A DNA stretch of 60,292 nucleotides from Andalucia godoyi And28. Taxonomy: Eukaryota; Protista; Jakobida. The DNA is taken from positions 157,849-218,140 of the forward strand of contig VRVR01000026.1 of the NCBI GenBank assembly GCA_009859145.1, given 5' to 3'. The notes under the pieces are model-generated. The model was not told the origin of the DNA. It was given only the letters and a program-made list of their open reading frames with translations, and did not search any database. The position numbers and the translations under genes were made by a program. Below are positions 43,903 to 55,210 of this stretch, one piece after another. Every line of letters begins with the position of its first letter. Position 1 is the first letter of the stretch.

Positions 43903-44116
43903 AAGCTTTTTCTTTTCGTGTACAGCGAAAGCCAGTTTGATTAACTCGTTCGATGCTCCAATAACCAAATTTTCACTGTCCGTAAACACACATTCGAGTT
44001 CACAAGATCCGTCACTGGGGGAGAAAAAAGAAAATAAAGTTCTGGTTTTAATACTGCTGCATCCGGCATTGTTTAGGGATAGAAAGCACACAGAAGGGAG
44101 GATACAGACAAAAGAT

Positions 44117-45454
44117 CTACTTGGTATCCGCTTTTGGAGCAGTCAGAGTCGCCCACCGCGCACGAGTCGCATCGAGTACACTCGCAAAACCGGCATCGGA
44201 GGACGACTCCTTCCCAGAAACAGACTGCGCATCTTGAGGAGAAGAGACAAAAACATTCGAAGAGGAGATAATACGTGCAATCGCGCGCGCATTTGCAACA
44301 GCGTCGGCGGCAAGAACAACTCCTTCTAGGGAAGCAAGCACAAGTGCTGCCAGATCATCTTCCGACACGCCTTTCTGGACCTTGGAGACTCCCTTTGCAT
44401 TTGACATCGTCAGTACAACATTCTCCGATGCCTTCACAAGATTTGGACGAGATGCAATTCCGGCATCAGATTGAAGAACCGTGTTGGACACACCATCCCG
44501 CAGGACAACCTTCTGCCCCTCCGAAGGCGAAGCAGAGGTCGCTGCTCGAAAACCGAAAGAAACAGCAGGTCCCTCAGCAAGAAACAAAAGACGGCTGTTG
44601 GCTCCACGGCCAACAATAAGAGAGTTCTTTGCAATTGATCCGAAAAAGACAGGAGCTTTGGATGCAAACGATCCAAGAGAGCTCAAAGTTTGCTGGAGAA
44701 GTGTCACAGAAACACTACCTAAAATTGCAGCAACCTTTGATCGCAAGTTGACAATAACAGCACCTGCATCTCCAGACAGTCCTTTTGGTAATTTGCTGGC
44801 AAGATCTGCAGGAACTGCAAAACCGGGAGCAACAAAAACTCGAGCAGAACGAACAAAAGACATTGGATCGTTCACGCGAGGAATTCTGTTGAGAAGAATC
44901 TGTGCAGCGAGAGAAGAAACAGAATTGTCTGATACCACACGAACTCCTGTTTCTGCAGAGCGATGAGATCCAACAGTGCCATCGGCAACCCAAACTTGCG
45001 GAACTTGTGAAAGATATCCAGTAACAGAGCGCATGACAGCATTGTAATCAGTCAAGCTCAAAGAAGCATTGGCATTGATTCCTGCTGCTGGAGTTGTAAG
45101 CGCAGAGGTTGGGAGAGTACCTTCAACCAGAAACACAGAGGACACAGCAGCGGATGAAACAGCGGGAATCGAAAGGACGCCATCCTTGTCTGATGGAGCC
45201 CATGAAGCCGAGACAAGGTCGCTCAGAGAGGCGTTTCGGAAAGCTTGACCGGCAGGAGTGATCCGATCATCCGCCAAGGACCAGTTCACAGCAGGAGACA
45301 CTCCCGCAACTTTTCTGGGATACATCTGCGGCGCAGCAGCAAGCACCGACGCAACAGAGCCGCTGGCCTTCGCATTGTGTGCAGCAATAGCGGCCTGCGC
45401 TGAAGACAGCACTGGAGTGGAATGGAACAAGCGACGTAAGCCAACTCGCAGCAT
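44117..45454 (-). CDS. Mitochondrion-targeted PEP-carboxykinase(ATP)-like protein, probably non-catalytic (445 aa)
   Basis: Presequence MLRVGLRRLFHSTPVL; WVADGTVGSHRSAETGVRVVSD and FVAPGF resemble the PEPCK N-terminal domain; no GLSGTGKT P-loop. Confidence 0.65.
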   Translation of the reverse strand: MLRVGLRRLFHSTPVLSSAQAAIAAHNAKASGSVASVLAAAPQMYPRKVAGVSPAVNWSLADDRITPAGQAFRNASLSDLVSASWAPSDKDGVLSIPAVSSAAVSSVFLVEGTLPTSALTTPAAGINANASLSLTDYNAVMRSVTGYLSQVPQVWVADGTVGSHRSAETGVRVVSDNSVSSLAAQILLNRIPRVNDPMSFVRSARVFVAPGFAVPADLASKLPKGLSGDAGAVIVNLRSKVAAILGSVSVTLLQQTLSSLGSFASKAPVFFGSIAKNSLIVGRGANSRLLFLAEGPAVSFGFRAATSASPSEGQKVVLRDGVSNTVLQSDAGIASRPNLVKASENVVLTMSNAKGVSKVQKGVSEDDLAALVLASLEGVVLAADAVANARAIARIISSSNVFVSSPQDAQSVSGKESSSDAGFASVLDATRARWATLTAPKADTK

Positions 45455-48134
45455 GCCGAAAAACAAAAGAAATTCCTGGAGGGGCTGGCAAGATTAAAAA
45501 AAGCGTCGGAGAAAACGAAAAGAAGAAGGAGAACACTGCAGAAAAGAACATTGGTGAAAATGTTTTTCGCAGCATTATGTCATTGCAAAAAAACAGCTCT
45601 GACAAATGACAGAACCCTGCAATAATCAGTACAGCAGTTGGCACCTAAACTTCTTTCCATGTCGTGCAGACGTTGTTCCTTGTGAAGATCAAGAAGCTGG
45701 TGCGAATCAAAAAAAACCTAAATATAACGCCAAAAGAAGGGCGGGCACGGTGGGAGGAAAAAGCCCAGCGAACTGAGATGCTAGAGAAGCGTGATTCCAC
45801 CTCTTGAATCTCCGTGCGAAAAGCGTCACAAGAGTTAGGCTGATTGCCAAAAGAGACCATCATTTCCACGAAACAAATCGTGAACGACGAAGATCTCAAT
45901 TCAAAAGAAAAAAAAGAACTGCAATAAAGAGTCGTTTCTCCTCTGTTTACAGCGCACAGAGAGAGAATGGCCGGAAATTCACAACAAATTGCAACGTTGG
46001 CCGGTAAACAAACACCAGAAATTCGTTAACCTCAAAACTTCCCGTTGGCCGGATGTGAGAGCACAAGAAAAAATGTCATTCAAATTGTTAAAACCTCCCG
46101 TGATAGCAAAAACATAGTGGAATCTCACAAGCAGATACAGAACGGAAAGGTATCTCGATATAGGAACAAGAATAACTACAAGCCGTCAACGGCGCACAGG
46201 ACCTCCGGACGTGCAACCGTGAGAACTGGCATAAGACAAGACACATATCCACCTGACCAACACAATAAAGAACATCCAATTGAAACAACTGCAAACCGCG
46301 ATCCCGTATGAAAACAAGATGTCTGTTGCATTCTGGTGTACAAAAAGAAAGATGAATCTCCAATGGTGCCGACGAAATGAAAAAGCGAGCAGGCACTGAA
46401 CAGCATGTTGCATGGGAATTATGTCAGGACAGATGAAGGGAGGGAGCCGTTCCGCTGCTCAGAAACAGGCAAGCCTTGCATATCATTCGGTGAGGCGTAT
46501 CACGATCAGTTTTACAGAGATCAACCAAAACAAAAAAGAAATTCTGCAATACCCACCCGAAAGCGCCCCAGACAGACAGCAGGTCCTTTAAACCTGCACA
46601 CTGAAAATTTTTTATGCATACAATTGTCACCGCTGGACATTGCAAGTTTAGACAGTGATGATGGCCAAAAGCATTACTCCAGCGCTGTAGAGGATGTCTG
46701 CAATCTTCCCGGAGAAGACAGATGACTCGACAAATTTCCTATGATATTATTAAGAGGATCTCAACGAACAATCCTGTTTTCCACACGATACATAAAGCAA
46801 GCCGTATTTTCAGCGACTAATAAAACACTGGAAGACCCTCACATGATGCTCCCCGGGTACTCGCACATGGATCGGCCCACACGAACAAGCTGTATGTTAA
46901 AGGAAGCGAAAACCAGAAATATTCACCCAAGTTCTCAACTATTGAAGAAGCCAACAGAAAGATGCCAGCCACACTAACGACTTTTTTGTGCGATTCCGAT
47001 GTCATCGCACGACATTGCAATAAGTACGACATTTTGCTTTTGCAGTGGGTGGATATCCATTCGGTTGTCATTTCGCGGAGTATCTCTTATGCAGCTCCTG
47101 CTTTTTTTAATAGAATGTGTTTGTATGCGTTCAACGAGTGGCTGGTAACCTTTTGCTCGGCTGTTCGTTCATCGGCATTTCACAAATCCGATCTTCATTA
47201 ATGCAAGCATTTCGTTTTCTTTCTTGTTAGCTAGCTGTGTTGTTCTTTCTTCCGGTGTTTTATCAGCATATTCTACAAACGGTATTCGCATTCGTTTGAG
47301 AGGGCTGCAGAGCTGCATATTGACGATCGCCTCGAATTTTACGAAGAGTACGTGATTCAACGGGCGGCTCATTTATGTTCGGTAATGTTTCATTTCTTAG
47401 CAGGAGTCCCGTGTGGCTTGATTTGTGTGCATTGAACAGGCTAGTGAATCTTCTCCGATATTCATCTGTCATGAGAAGAAAGTGTTTGTTTTTTCGAACA
47501 GTTACCAGCTCGTTGTGAAGGCTTCGTTTTCCTTTCCGATCCTTTTCTCCCGTTTCCCGAAACTTTGCGACGTCATTCGCGCGCCAGAAGGTCAGCCACC
47601 ATTTTGGAAATGAGCGTCAGTCGTTTTGCAAGTGTTTCTCATTTTTCACGATGCTACGATCTTGCACAAGAAAATCATCGATTCTTGACGCTTGACGTTG
47701 GTCTGTTTTCTGGGTTGCGATCGCTGATGCTTTCTTTTTTGTGCTTACACCGGGTGTGACGGTTTCTTGTGTGTTGGGATAATTTGTCGCAGACTTTCGT
47801 GCTTGTTGACCGAGTTTCTGTTCGTTTTGCATTTCGCCCCTTCCCCAAATGAGATGATGGATACAATTGTGAAATGGCTTGATATTTAAAAGCCACTGAG
47901 ATGTGTGCGTCGTACTGAGACAAAGAACGTTGACAGTCGATTCATTCATCTTCGTCTTCGAGTGCGGCTTGCATCACGGTTCTCCGTGTTCGCGGGCTGA
48001 CCAAAGTCAGAAAATTCTCAGCTTCCGCACCGAGACGTGCATCAGCAGAGTTGTGTCGAACTTACTGATGGTCCGCAATGATGACAGGATGACATGGTCT
48101 GAGATAAGAATAAGAGACAAACTTCATGAAGTGG

Positions 48135-48728
48135 TCACAAGGAGTCCACTTGATTTACAAGGGGTAAAATCTGGGTTATGAGACGGTGATTGTCATGAGG
48201 ACGTAGCATGTCCAGTATGGCATGCGTGCAATCATCGCAAGAACCAAAATCGTCAGTGTCGACTTGCAGAACACTTCCTGACGCAGTCTCCTCAGAATCG
48301 GGTTCTTCCAAAGTCGCAAACTGACTTTCAAGCAGCGAGGGACCAGCGAAATGGCCAACACGTGACCGCAGTCTAGACTCCGCAGATTTTCTGGAAATTT
48401 TCAAATACACAAAGAGGACATGATAGCCATCCGTGTCGCGTACGCCACAAGACTTGTTTTCAACACTCGACAACAGACGACGATACGTCTTCTTTAAAGC
48501 AGAGCAAGCCAATACACAAGAAGAATGTGACGAAAGCCAATCTCTAAGTGTTAGAAGCCACGGCAAACGATCTTCATCCGTGAGACCTTTGCCAGACTGC
48601 ATTTTGCTTTTGTTGGCGGGGCTATGAAATTCATCTGCGTCTGCAAAAGGAAGCTGAAGACTGGAGGCAATCAACTGTCCAACAGTGGATTTCCCACAGC
48701 CAGCTACTCCACAAACCACTATTCGCAT
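48135..48728 (-). CDS. IDNK: Gluconokinase (GntK/IdnK family)
   Basis: IVVCGVAGCGKSTVG P-loop, DADEFHSPANKSKM..G..LTDEDRLPWL, ACSALKKTYR, RVGHF...LLESQFATLEEP. Confidence 0.95.
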   Translation of the reverse strand: MRIVVCGVAGCGKSTVGQLIASSLQLPFADADEFHSPANKSKMQSGKGLTDEDRLPWLLTLRDWLSSHSSCVLACSALKKTYRRLLSSVENKSCGVRDTDGYHVLFVYLKISRKSAESRLRSRVGHFAGPSLLESQFATLEEPDSEETASGSVLQVDTDDFGSCDDCTHAILDMLRPHDNHRLITQILPLVNQVDSL

Positions 48729-48989
48729 GAATGTTCTTTCGAGAGCGCATGGAAACACCGGTAATACAATCTGACTGCAGTCTTTGAGCTCTGAAGATTT
48801 GTTTTCCAAAGGTTTCAATCTTCCAGCGCTTCGTGGCGCCTCAAGCCCTCAACCTTTTCCGAAAGACAAAACGCTTGCAAAACAAACTGCAGTTTTGTTC
48901 GTTTCCTTTTGTTCTGTTTCCGACTATGTAAGTTTCGACATGCGCGTCCAATGAGTGGTCCATCTGCGGAAACGTTGAATGCATTAAAA

Positions 48990-51387
48990 ATGCTTCATGT
49001 TGACGATCGTGATATGAATTCATTTCTTTCTCGTGTTGATGAGATTGGTATGTCGGTTCTCCAATGATGTCTGGGAGTTTTCTTCTTCTTTCTTACATTT
49101 TGCTCGAAATAGACAGTCTCATTCGCGATCTGAGAAATGACAAAATATCACCGGACGATAATCGTCTAACTGCTTTGAGTGCGGGACCTCCTGCCACAAG
49201 CCCTGATCTCCCGGAATCGTCGATTCGAAGTTCTGAGATGTTTTCTGATCCCCAGGCTACAGGTTTCTTTGCAGCTTTGGAAGCAGATGCGGAGCAGCGG
49301 GCCGCACAGAAGAAAATCAGCATTAAGAAGGCGACTGAGTTCAAGGACAGTGGCAATCGGTTGTTTCGTGCCTCCAAGTTTGAACAAGCAATAGCTGAAT
49401 ACACTTCTGGGCTTGCAGTTTGTCGTGACATGGTCTCTTTGCTGGTCAATCGAGCCCAAGCATTCCTGAAACTCCACAAATATGCAGAAGCAATGAAAGA
49501 TTGCACGGCAGCAATCGAGCTTGACTCACAGTGCGTCAAGGCTTTCGTGCGCCGGGCGAAGGCCGAAGCTGCTTTGTTGATGTTTGACGATGCCATTCTC
49601 GATCTGGAATCCGCTCTTCAGTTTGCTCCGAGCAGTCACGAGATTCCAATTCTTCTTGATGAATATCGAAAAGAGCATTCAGATCTAGTGTATGAGGACG
49701 AGGTATCGCGTCAGCTTGCGGCGCCGACCACTGCTTCGACCGAGGCCGTGCTGGAGGAAATTTCAGGCGTTTTGGAGCTTGCTTCGAGAGTGATCCGGGA
49801 CAAGGCCACTGTATTGTCGGGAGACAGGGTAGTGTGGATTCAACGTTTACAAAGACTGCAAAATTCCTTGGTTTGCGATCCTAAATTTGTGAATACTGCT
49901 GTCCGGATATCTGGTCTCTTGCAAGTTCTTTGGGAATGCGTCGAAAATGGGTTCGAAACTGTTTCCGTTTTGCCGACTCTGTGTCTGCTTGCTGAGAATG
50001 TCAGGAACAGCCGGCTGTTTCTGGATCTCGGTGCACCTGGTTTCTGCCTGTCTTTCATCTTGGAAGCAATCTCAAAGCCCAATGTTGTCTTGCTGGATGT
50101 ATCTATGACACGCAAGCAACTTATTGGCAAGAAGCTGGAAGAATTGCTCATCTGCAGATTGTCTGCCGAAACGCTGATGCAATTACTGGACAATTTGATC
50201 TCCTACGACCATGTTCGGTCTGTCATCTCGATTTCTAGAATAGTGGAAATTTGTTCGGTGTCTCTCTCCCTCGTCTCTTGGCCGGCTCTCGTTGCACAAT
50301 CTTGCCAGGTGGTTGCAACTATCGCGAAACACGGTATGTCTGAGAATTCTCCGTAGCTGTTCAGCCTTTTCTTTTATCCTTCCATGTCACTGCTTACTCC
50401 GTATATTCTTCTTGCCTTCTTTCTTTATCTTGTTCATTGTTCGATAATAATTTAGCGTCATTCGTTCCCGATCTCTTGCTGGGAAACGGCATCCTTTCGT
50501 CTCTTCAGTCCTTTATATTGCGATATTCTTTTTCCTCTTCTGATCTGCTTTTGATTGGCAAGATCATGCAATTGTTGAGTGTATTGTCATTGCACAAAAC
50601 GGCAGTTGGCTTGTTGTCGCCTTTCTTCTCCTCAAGTTGTTCGTTGTTGCGACTGAGTCTTGGCCAGTATCATTCTGTACGCAATGATGCTTGTCTATCG
50701 GCAGTTGACTCGTGTTTTATGTTTCTTATCAATGCTGGCCATGCAGGACTGTGTTCGGATATTGCAGCAGCCGTCGACGACAAGGGTCTTGTGCGGGAAT
50801 TGATAGAGGCCATCCCAACGCTTTCGCTCAGGTCTTCGTCACGTGTGCTACTGTGCATCCTCACACTTCTCGGGAAGATTGCCGAAAACTCAGCAGTGTC
50901 TCGCTCTTTGATTCAGTATCACATCGATGCCAAGACTTTTGAACTATTGGGCAGACTTGAAATGTGCCATCCTCCTGTTCCGGAAGAGGTGCCCATTTAT
51001 TCGCAGTGCGCTCGAATGTTGTCGATTGTGCGGCATGAGGTTGCACCGAGGGTGAAAAGGACTGCCGGTGCAATCGCCAAACTCGCGAGGCTACTGGATT
51101 ATCGCGATGCCACCGTCGTCGGCAATGTTGCACTGTTCTTGTCCGAAGCGGTGTTACCGTCTGGTGCCGAAAGCCCGGACAAAGACGTTTGTGCACAGAT
51201 GCTTACTACAGGTGCTATTGACATGCTGCTTCGAATTCTTGACAACAGTAGCCCAAATATTGGTCGGAATTGCGCTATCTGTCTTGGAAAACTGAGTCGC
51301 GATAAGGACTGCTATGAAAGAATACGCGAACTTCATGGGCTTGACATTTTACGCCTGCGCGTTTCAACAATTCTAGAAAATTCATGA
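48990..51387 (+). CDS. TTC12: TTC12-like TPR + ARM protein (736 aa); exons 48990-49047, 49113-50333, 50456-51387
   Basis: Spliced N-terminus DMNSFLSRVDEIDSLIRDL matches TTC12; three TPRs (FKDSGNRLF...AIAEYTSGL...NRAQAFLKL...KAFVRRAKA); C-terminal RNCAICLGKL..D...ERIRELHGLDIL. Confidence 0.85.
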
Positions 51388-51408
51388 GGGTTAGGGTCTT
51401 CTGACCAT

Positions 51409-52710
51409 CTACGAAGAAGGATTTCCAGGAGTTTCGCCGTGTAAATTGCTGCTGGACGATGATCCTTCGCGATTGAACTTGATGTGCAACAGAGAATCAA
51501 TGGTTGATCGGCAAATCGGGCATTTGTTTGTTTGCAAACGGAGAACCTTGGCACAATCGGAGCACAGGCACATGTGTCTACACGGCAGCACTGCAGTATC
51601 GCGCTTTTCGCTCATGCATATTACGCACATGGAAGATTCATCATCATCTCCCGTGGATTCTTGTTTTGTCGACGAACTGGATTCCGCAGAAGCAGGGGAT
51701 GCTCCATCAGCGGGTGCAGCTTCTTGTTCATCCATACCGTAAATTTCCTGCAATTCATAGGATCGGCCCTGAACAACGATCTTTTGCTTTGTTACTCGAA
51801 CTTGAACAGTATTCGTTCGAGCATCCTCAAACAGCGTGGCGTAAGTGATTTGGCACTGCGTCGAACTCCCAATGGTAGAACTATCTGCAGTCACTTGCAC
51901 TCCGTCATCTCTGGCCTGTAGAACAATAACAATCGGATGGCTAGTGCTAGTTTCCTCAAACAACAAGTCGTGCGGATATAGAGACAAGTTCAGCGGCACT
52001 TGAGAAGACTGTGTGACAAGCACATTAAGACCCTTTGTGGCCACCTGCGACGGAACAAGAGTAGACGACACTTGAGATGTGAACACGATCGAGCGATCTG
52101 GCTGAACGGATTCAACAGCGGCAAAGAAAATCGAAACAGAAAAGTCTCTGGCCGCGTCGACAACAAACTCCAAGATGCCGAACTGTTGATCCGGCGACAG
52201 CCCACTGGCATGTCCGGCTGGAACCGAACTTGGAGACGACGAAGACCCAGCAGCGAGTGGCAGAATTTTCAACGAAGCCTTTTTTAAGTTCACATCATTT
52301 CTAATCGTTATGGTTTGCTGGACCTGCGGAGGTGGTGGCATAGGCCTCTGATATTGGCCATTATTACCAGCGTAAAAAAACTGCTGAGGTGCCACATTCG
52401 AAGGAGGACGCTGTCCACTCATGATAATCGGTGTTCCTCCAAACATCAAGTAAAACTGCGGATTTTGCATATTTTGCATTGGCATCTGCTGTCTCCCCGG
52501 TTGCCCAGGCGGTCCAGGCGGAACCCCAGGCTGTTGCACATACATCGGTCTCTGCTGTTGCGGGGGATAAGGATACTGTTGTGGCTGCTGGAATTGCGGC
52601 TGTGCTTGCTGCTGTTGAACAACAGCACCCTGTGGTCTGCCGTATGGTTGCCCCTGAACCTGTTGCTGTGTCTGAGGAGCTCGGCGCGAAGTTGAATTAC
52701 TCGAACCCAT
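51409..52710 (-). CDS. RING E3 ligase, MGRN1/RNF157/LOG2 family
   Basis: MGSSNS myristoylation start, TITIRNDVNLKK (DAR2-like), KQKIVVQGRSYELQEIYG, CVICMSEKRDTAVLPCRHMCLCSDCAKVLRLQTNKCPICR. Confidence 0.95.
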   Translation of the reverse strand: MGSSNSTSRRAPQTQQQVQGQPYGRPQGAVVQQQQAQPQFQQPQQYPYPPQQQRPMYVQQPGVPPGPPGQPGRQQMPMQNMQNPQFYLMFGGTPIIMSGQRPPSNVAPQQFFYAGNNGQYQRPMPPPPQVQQTITIRNDVNLKKASLKILPLAAGSSSSPSSVPAGHASGLSPDQQFGILEFVVDAARDFSVSIFFAAVESVQPDRSIVFTSQVSSTLVPSQVATKGLNVLVTQSSQVPLNLSLYPHDLLFEETSTSHPIVIVLQARDDGVQVTADSSTIGSSTQCQITYATLFEDARTNTVQVRVTKQKIVVQGRSYELQEIYGMDEQEAAPADGASPASAESSSSTKQESTGDDDESSMCVICMSEKRDTAVLPCRHMCLCSDCAKVLRLQTNKCPICRSTIDSLLHIKFNREGSSSSSNLHGETPGNPSS

Positions 52711-53242
52711 CCGTGAGACAATTTAAAGCAACGAGAAGCACACACACACACACACACGCGCAAAGAGAGAGAAAGAAAAAGGAGGAAAGAGGAAATTTAA
52801 TAAAAATAAAATTAAAAATGAACGTCAGACTGCCTGTTAGAATAGAAATCTAGTTGGAGGACCACCACAGATTCCTGCGAAGCAAATTAAGCAGTGAGAG
52901 TTGAGAAGAACGATCTGTGAAGACGGTCTTGATGTTGGAGAAAACCCAGAAGAAACGATTCGGTGGGCAAAAAAGCACGAGTCACTGTACTCCGAAGTCC
53001 CGACCCTTGCCCTTCCGGCAAAATCTCGTCGACCAGTTTCCGACAATCCGAGTTTCTCGAATCCCGCCTTGCGGACGTTAGGCATCGCAGGGTTAGGGGC
53101 CTCCGCCGGACCTTTCAATTTCTCTCGAGTGAGACCACCCCTCGGTTCCCACAATCTCCGAATCGACAAATAGTCGGTGCAGTGTGCGGAGTGCCACAGT
53201 CGCATTCTGTTTTTGAGACTCTTCGGGGGAGCGACGGGCATC

Positions 53243-54145
53243 ATGGGAGCATCGTTACGAGCGGGAAAGCCTTCAGCAGAGGACGTGCATGCTGCGTTTG
53301 GCCTTATCGCCACCTATGTTCTCGCTTTCCTTCTTGCATACGGCGGGTATCGGAAAAAGTCGCTATCCAAAACCGGTGCAATTGCAGCGTTTCTCGTTGG
53401 GGCACTCACCATGAGCACAGGGTTTGAGTTTGGTCTGGCTCTTGTCCTCTTCTTTTATTCTTCTTCGATGATGACAAAGCTGCATGGCAGGAGAAAGAGA
53501 CATCTGGAGGACGGGCACAAAGAGGGTGGGCAGAGGAATTGGGAACAGGTGGTTGCAAACTCCCTCTTCGCATGCATGCTGTGCATCTTGCATCGTGTTT
53601 CCGTCCCTTGGAAAACAGTGCAACTTCTTAGAGAGAGTGGTGCAATTGTGGACTTTGTGAATCCTCAATTTATTTGGCACTCGTTCGTTTTTACGTGTTT
53701 CCTTGGGTTCTACTCGTGCACCAACGGCGACACGTGGGCATCGGAAATCGGAATACTGTTTTCCAAAGAACCGTTCTTAATTACTGGTTTTCGCCGAGTT
53801 CCAAGAGGCACGAATGGCGGTGTTTCCATTGCGGGTACGCTGGCTTCCATTTTCGCTGGGGTGTTCATTGGATTGCCATTTGTTCTGTTGTATCCTTCCA
53901 GCTGGAAACTCCTAATTCTTACCGCCGCTTGCAGTTTTCTGGGATCCATATTTGATTCGATTCTCGGTGGTCTATTCCAGTATTCTGGATATTGCCCAAT
54001 GAAGCGGATTGTCGTCAACGAGCCAACACCTTTCGCGCAACATGTTTCGGGTCATGCAGTGTTGAATAACCACCAGGTGAACTTTCTTTCGGCAGCCATC
54101 ACATCGGTCCTGGCTGGTTTCATGGGCATCTATATCATGTCATAA
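53243..54145 (+). CDS. TMEM19: TMEM19/DUF92 family membrane protein
   Basis: KKSLSKTGAIAAF, FFYSSSMMTK, KEGGQRNWEQVVAN, NGDTWASEIG, VPRGTNGGVS, DSILGG, LNNHQVNFLS. Confidence 0.93.
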   Translation: MGASLRAGKPSAEDVHAAFGLIATYVLAFLLAYGGYRKKSLSKTGAIAAFLVGALTMSTGFEFGLALVLFFYSSSMMTKLHGRRKRHLEDGHKEGGQRNWEQVVANSLFACMLCILHRVSVPWKTVQLLRESGAIVDFVNPQFIWHSFVFTCFLGFYSCTNGDTWASEIGILFSKEPFLITGFRRVPRGTNGGVSIAGTLASIFAGVFIGLPFVLLYPSSWKLLILTAACSFLGSIFDSILGGLFQYSGYCPMKRIVVNEPTPFAQHVSGHAVLNNHQVNFLSAAITSVLAGFMGIYIMS

Positions 54146-54319
54146 AAGATTTTCTTACATGCATACACGCGGGAAATCATTGTCATACAAAAGACGTGGC
54201 AGCGAGAAATCAGGAACTTGAATGAAAAAAAATAATAATAAGCGGAGGGGGGAGGCAAGAACAACGACCAACAACAAAACAATTAAAAAGAAAAGCAGAA
54301 AACAAAAGGGACGTTCCGC

Positions 54320-54922
54320 TCAGCTCGCAGACGTGAGAAGACGACTTTCCAGCGAAGCCTTTCGATCGCACCACTCACCAATAATCATTGAAAACCAAGC
54401 AGTGTCTCGCTGATAATTCTTGACGATCATGTGCTTGCGAAACACACCTTCACTGGTGAAACCCAGCTTCTTGGCGGCTGCAACAGACTTTCCGTGCAAT
54501 ACGTCACATTTCCATTCGACTCGATCGCAACCACGATTCTCAAATGCGTTCGTCAGAAGGAGGAGACATGCTTCGGTATTCGCATATGTGCGCTGAAATG
54601 CAGGAGCGTACCACAAATGACCAATCTCCACCCTCTTGTGTTCCGGGGCATAATTGGAGTAATTCACCACCCCGATTTTCTTTCCGGACATTTTGTCAAC
54701 GACACAATAAGGATAATAACCACTCTTCCTTAATGAGCAAAGATACTGTGAATAAAAGGAGGAGTAGTCCGGAGACGGATGCCAAAACAGGAACCGCCAC
54801 AGTCTGTCTCGTTCTTCAGGGCTTATGCCATGTGATGCTTCATAAAGTTCTGCGCCATCCGCGTCTTCGTTGAGAGGGACAAGCTTGATATGAGGCCCTT
54901 CTAATACAAGTTGTGGAATCAT
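54320..54922 (-). CDS. GNAT N-acetyltransferase, RimJ/RimL (Acetyltransf_3) type
   Basis: RVEIGHLWYAPAFQRT...RVEWKCD...AAKKLGFTSEGVFRKHMIVK...RDTAWFSMI..EW. Confidence 0.92.
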   Translation of the reverse strand: MIPQLVLEGPHIKLVPLNEDADGAELYEASHGISPEERDRLWRFLFWHPSPDYSSFYSQYLCSLRKSGYYPYCVVDKMSGKKIGVVNYSNYAPEHKRVEIGHLWYAPAFQRTYANTEACLLLLTNAFENRGCDRVEWKCDVLHGKSVAAAKKLGFTSEGVFRKHMIVKNYQRDTAWFSMIIGEWCDRKASLESRLLTSAS

Positions 54923-55059
54923 TGTCGGAGTTCTTTGCTCCGAATGTTTTTAAGAAAGAAGAGAACAGTAAAAGAAGAAAGATAGACGCTCATCCAGTTT
55001 GACAGGCATCTGCTCAATTATGCTTTGCGGAGGTTTCTTGGGCTTTCTTTGAAAGAGGT

Positions 55060-55128
55060 GTGATGTCGTTTGACATCGGAAAGCATGTCATCCCACATCC
55101 GTGGTAGGTGACTGTCTAGGAAGTGGGA

Positions 55129-55210
<82 letters not shown>

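Noticed and set aside
11091-48728. Pentose-phosphate 'cluster' (RpiA plus gluconokinase)
   Set aside because: The genes are 36 kb apart with unrelated genes between them; chance proximity suffices.
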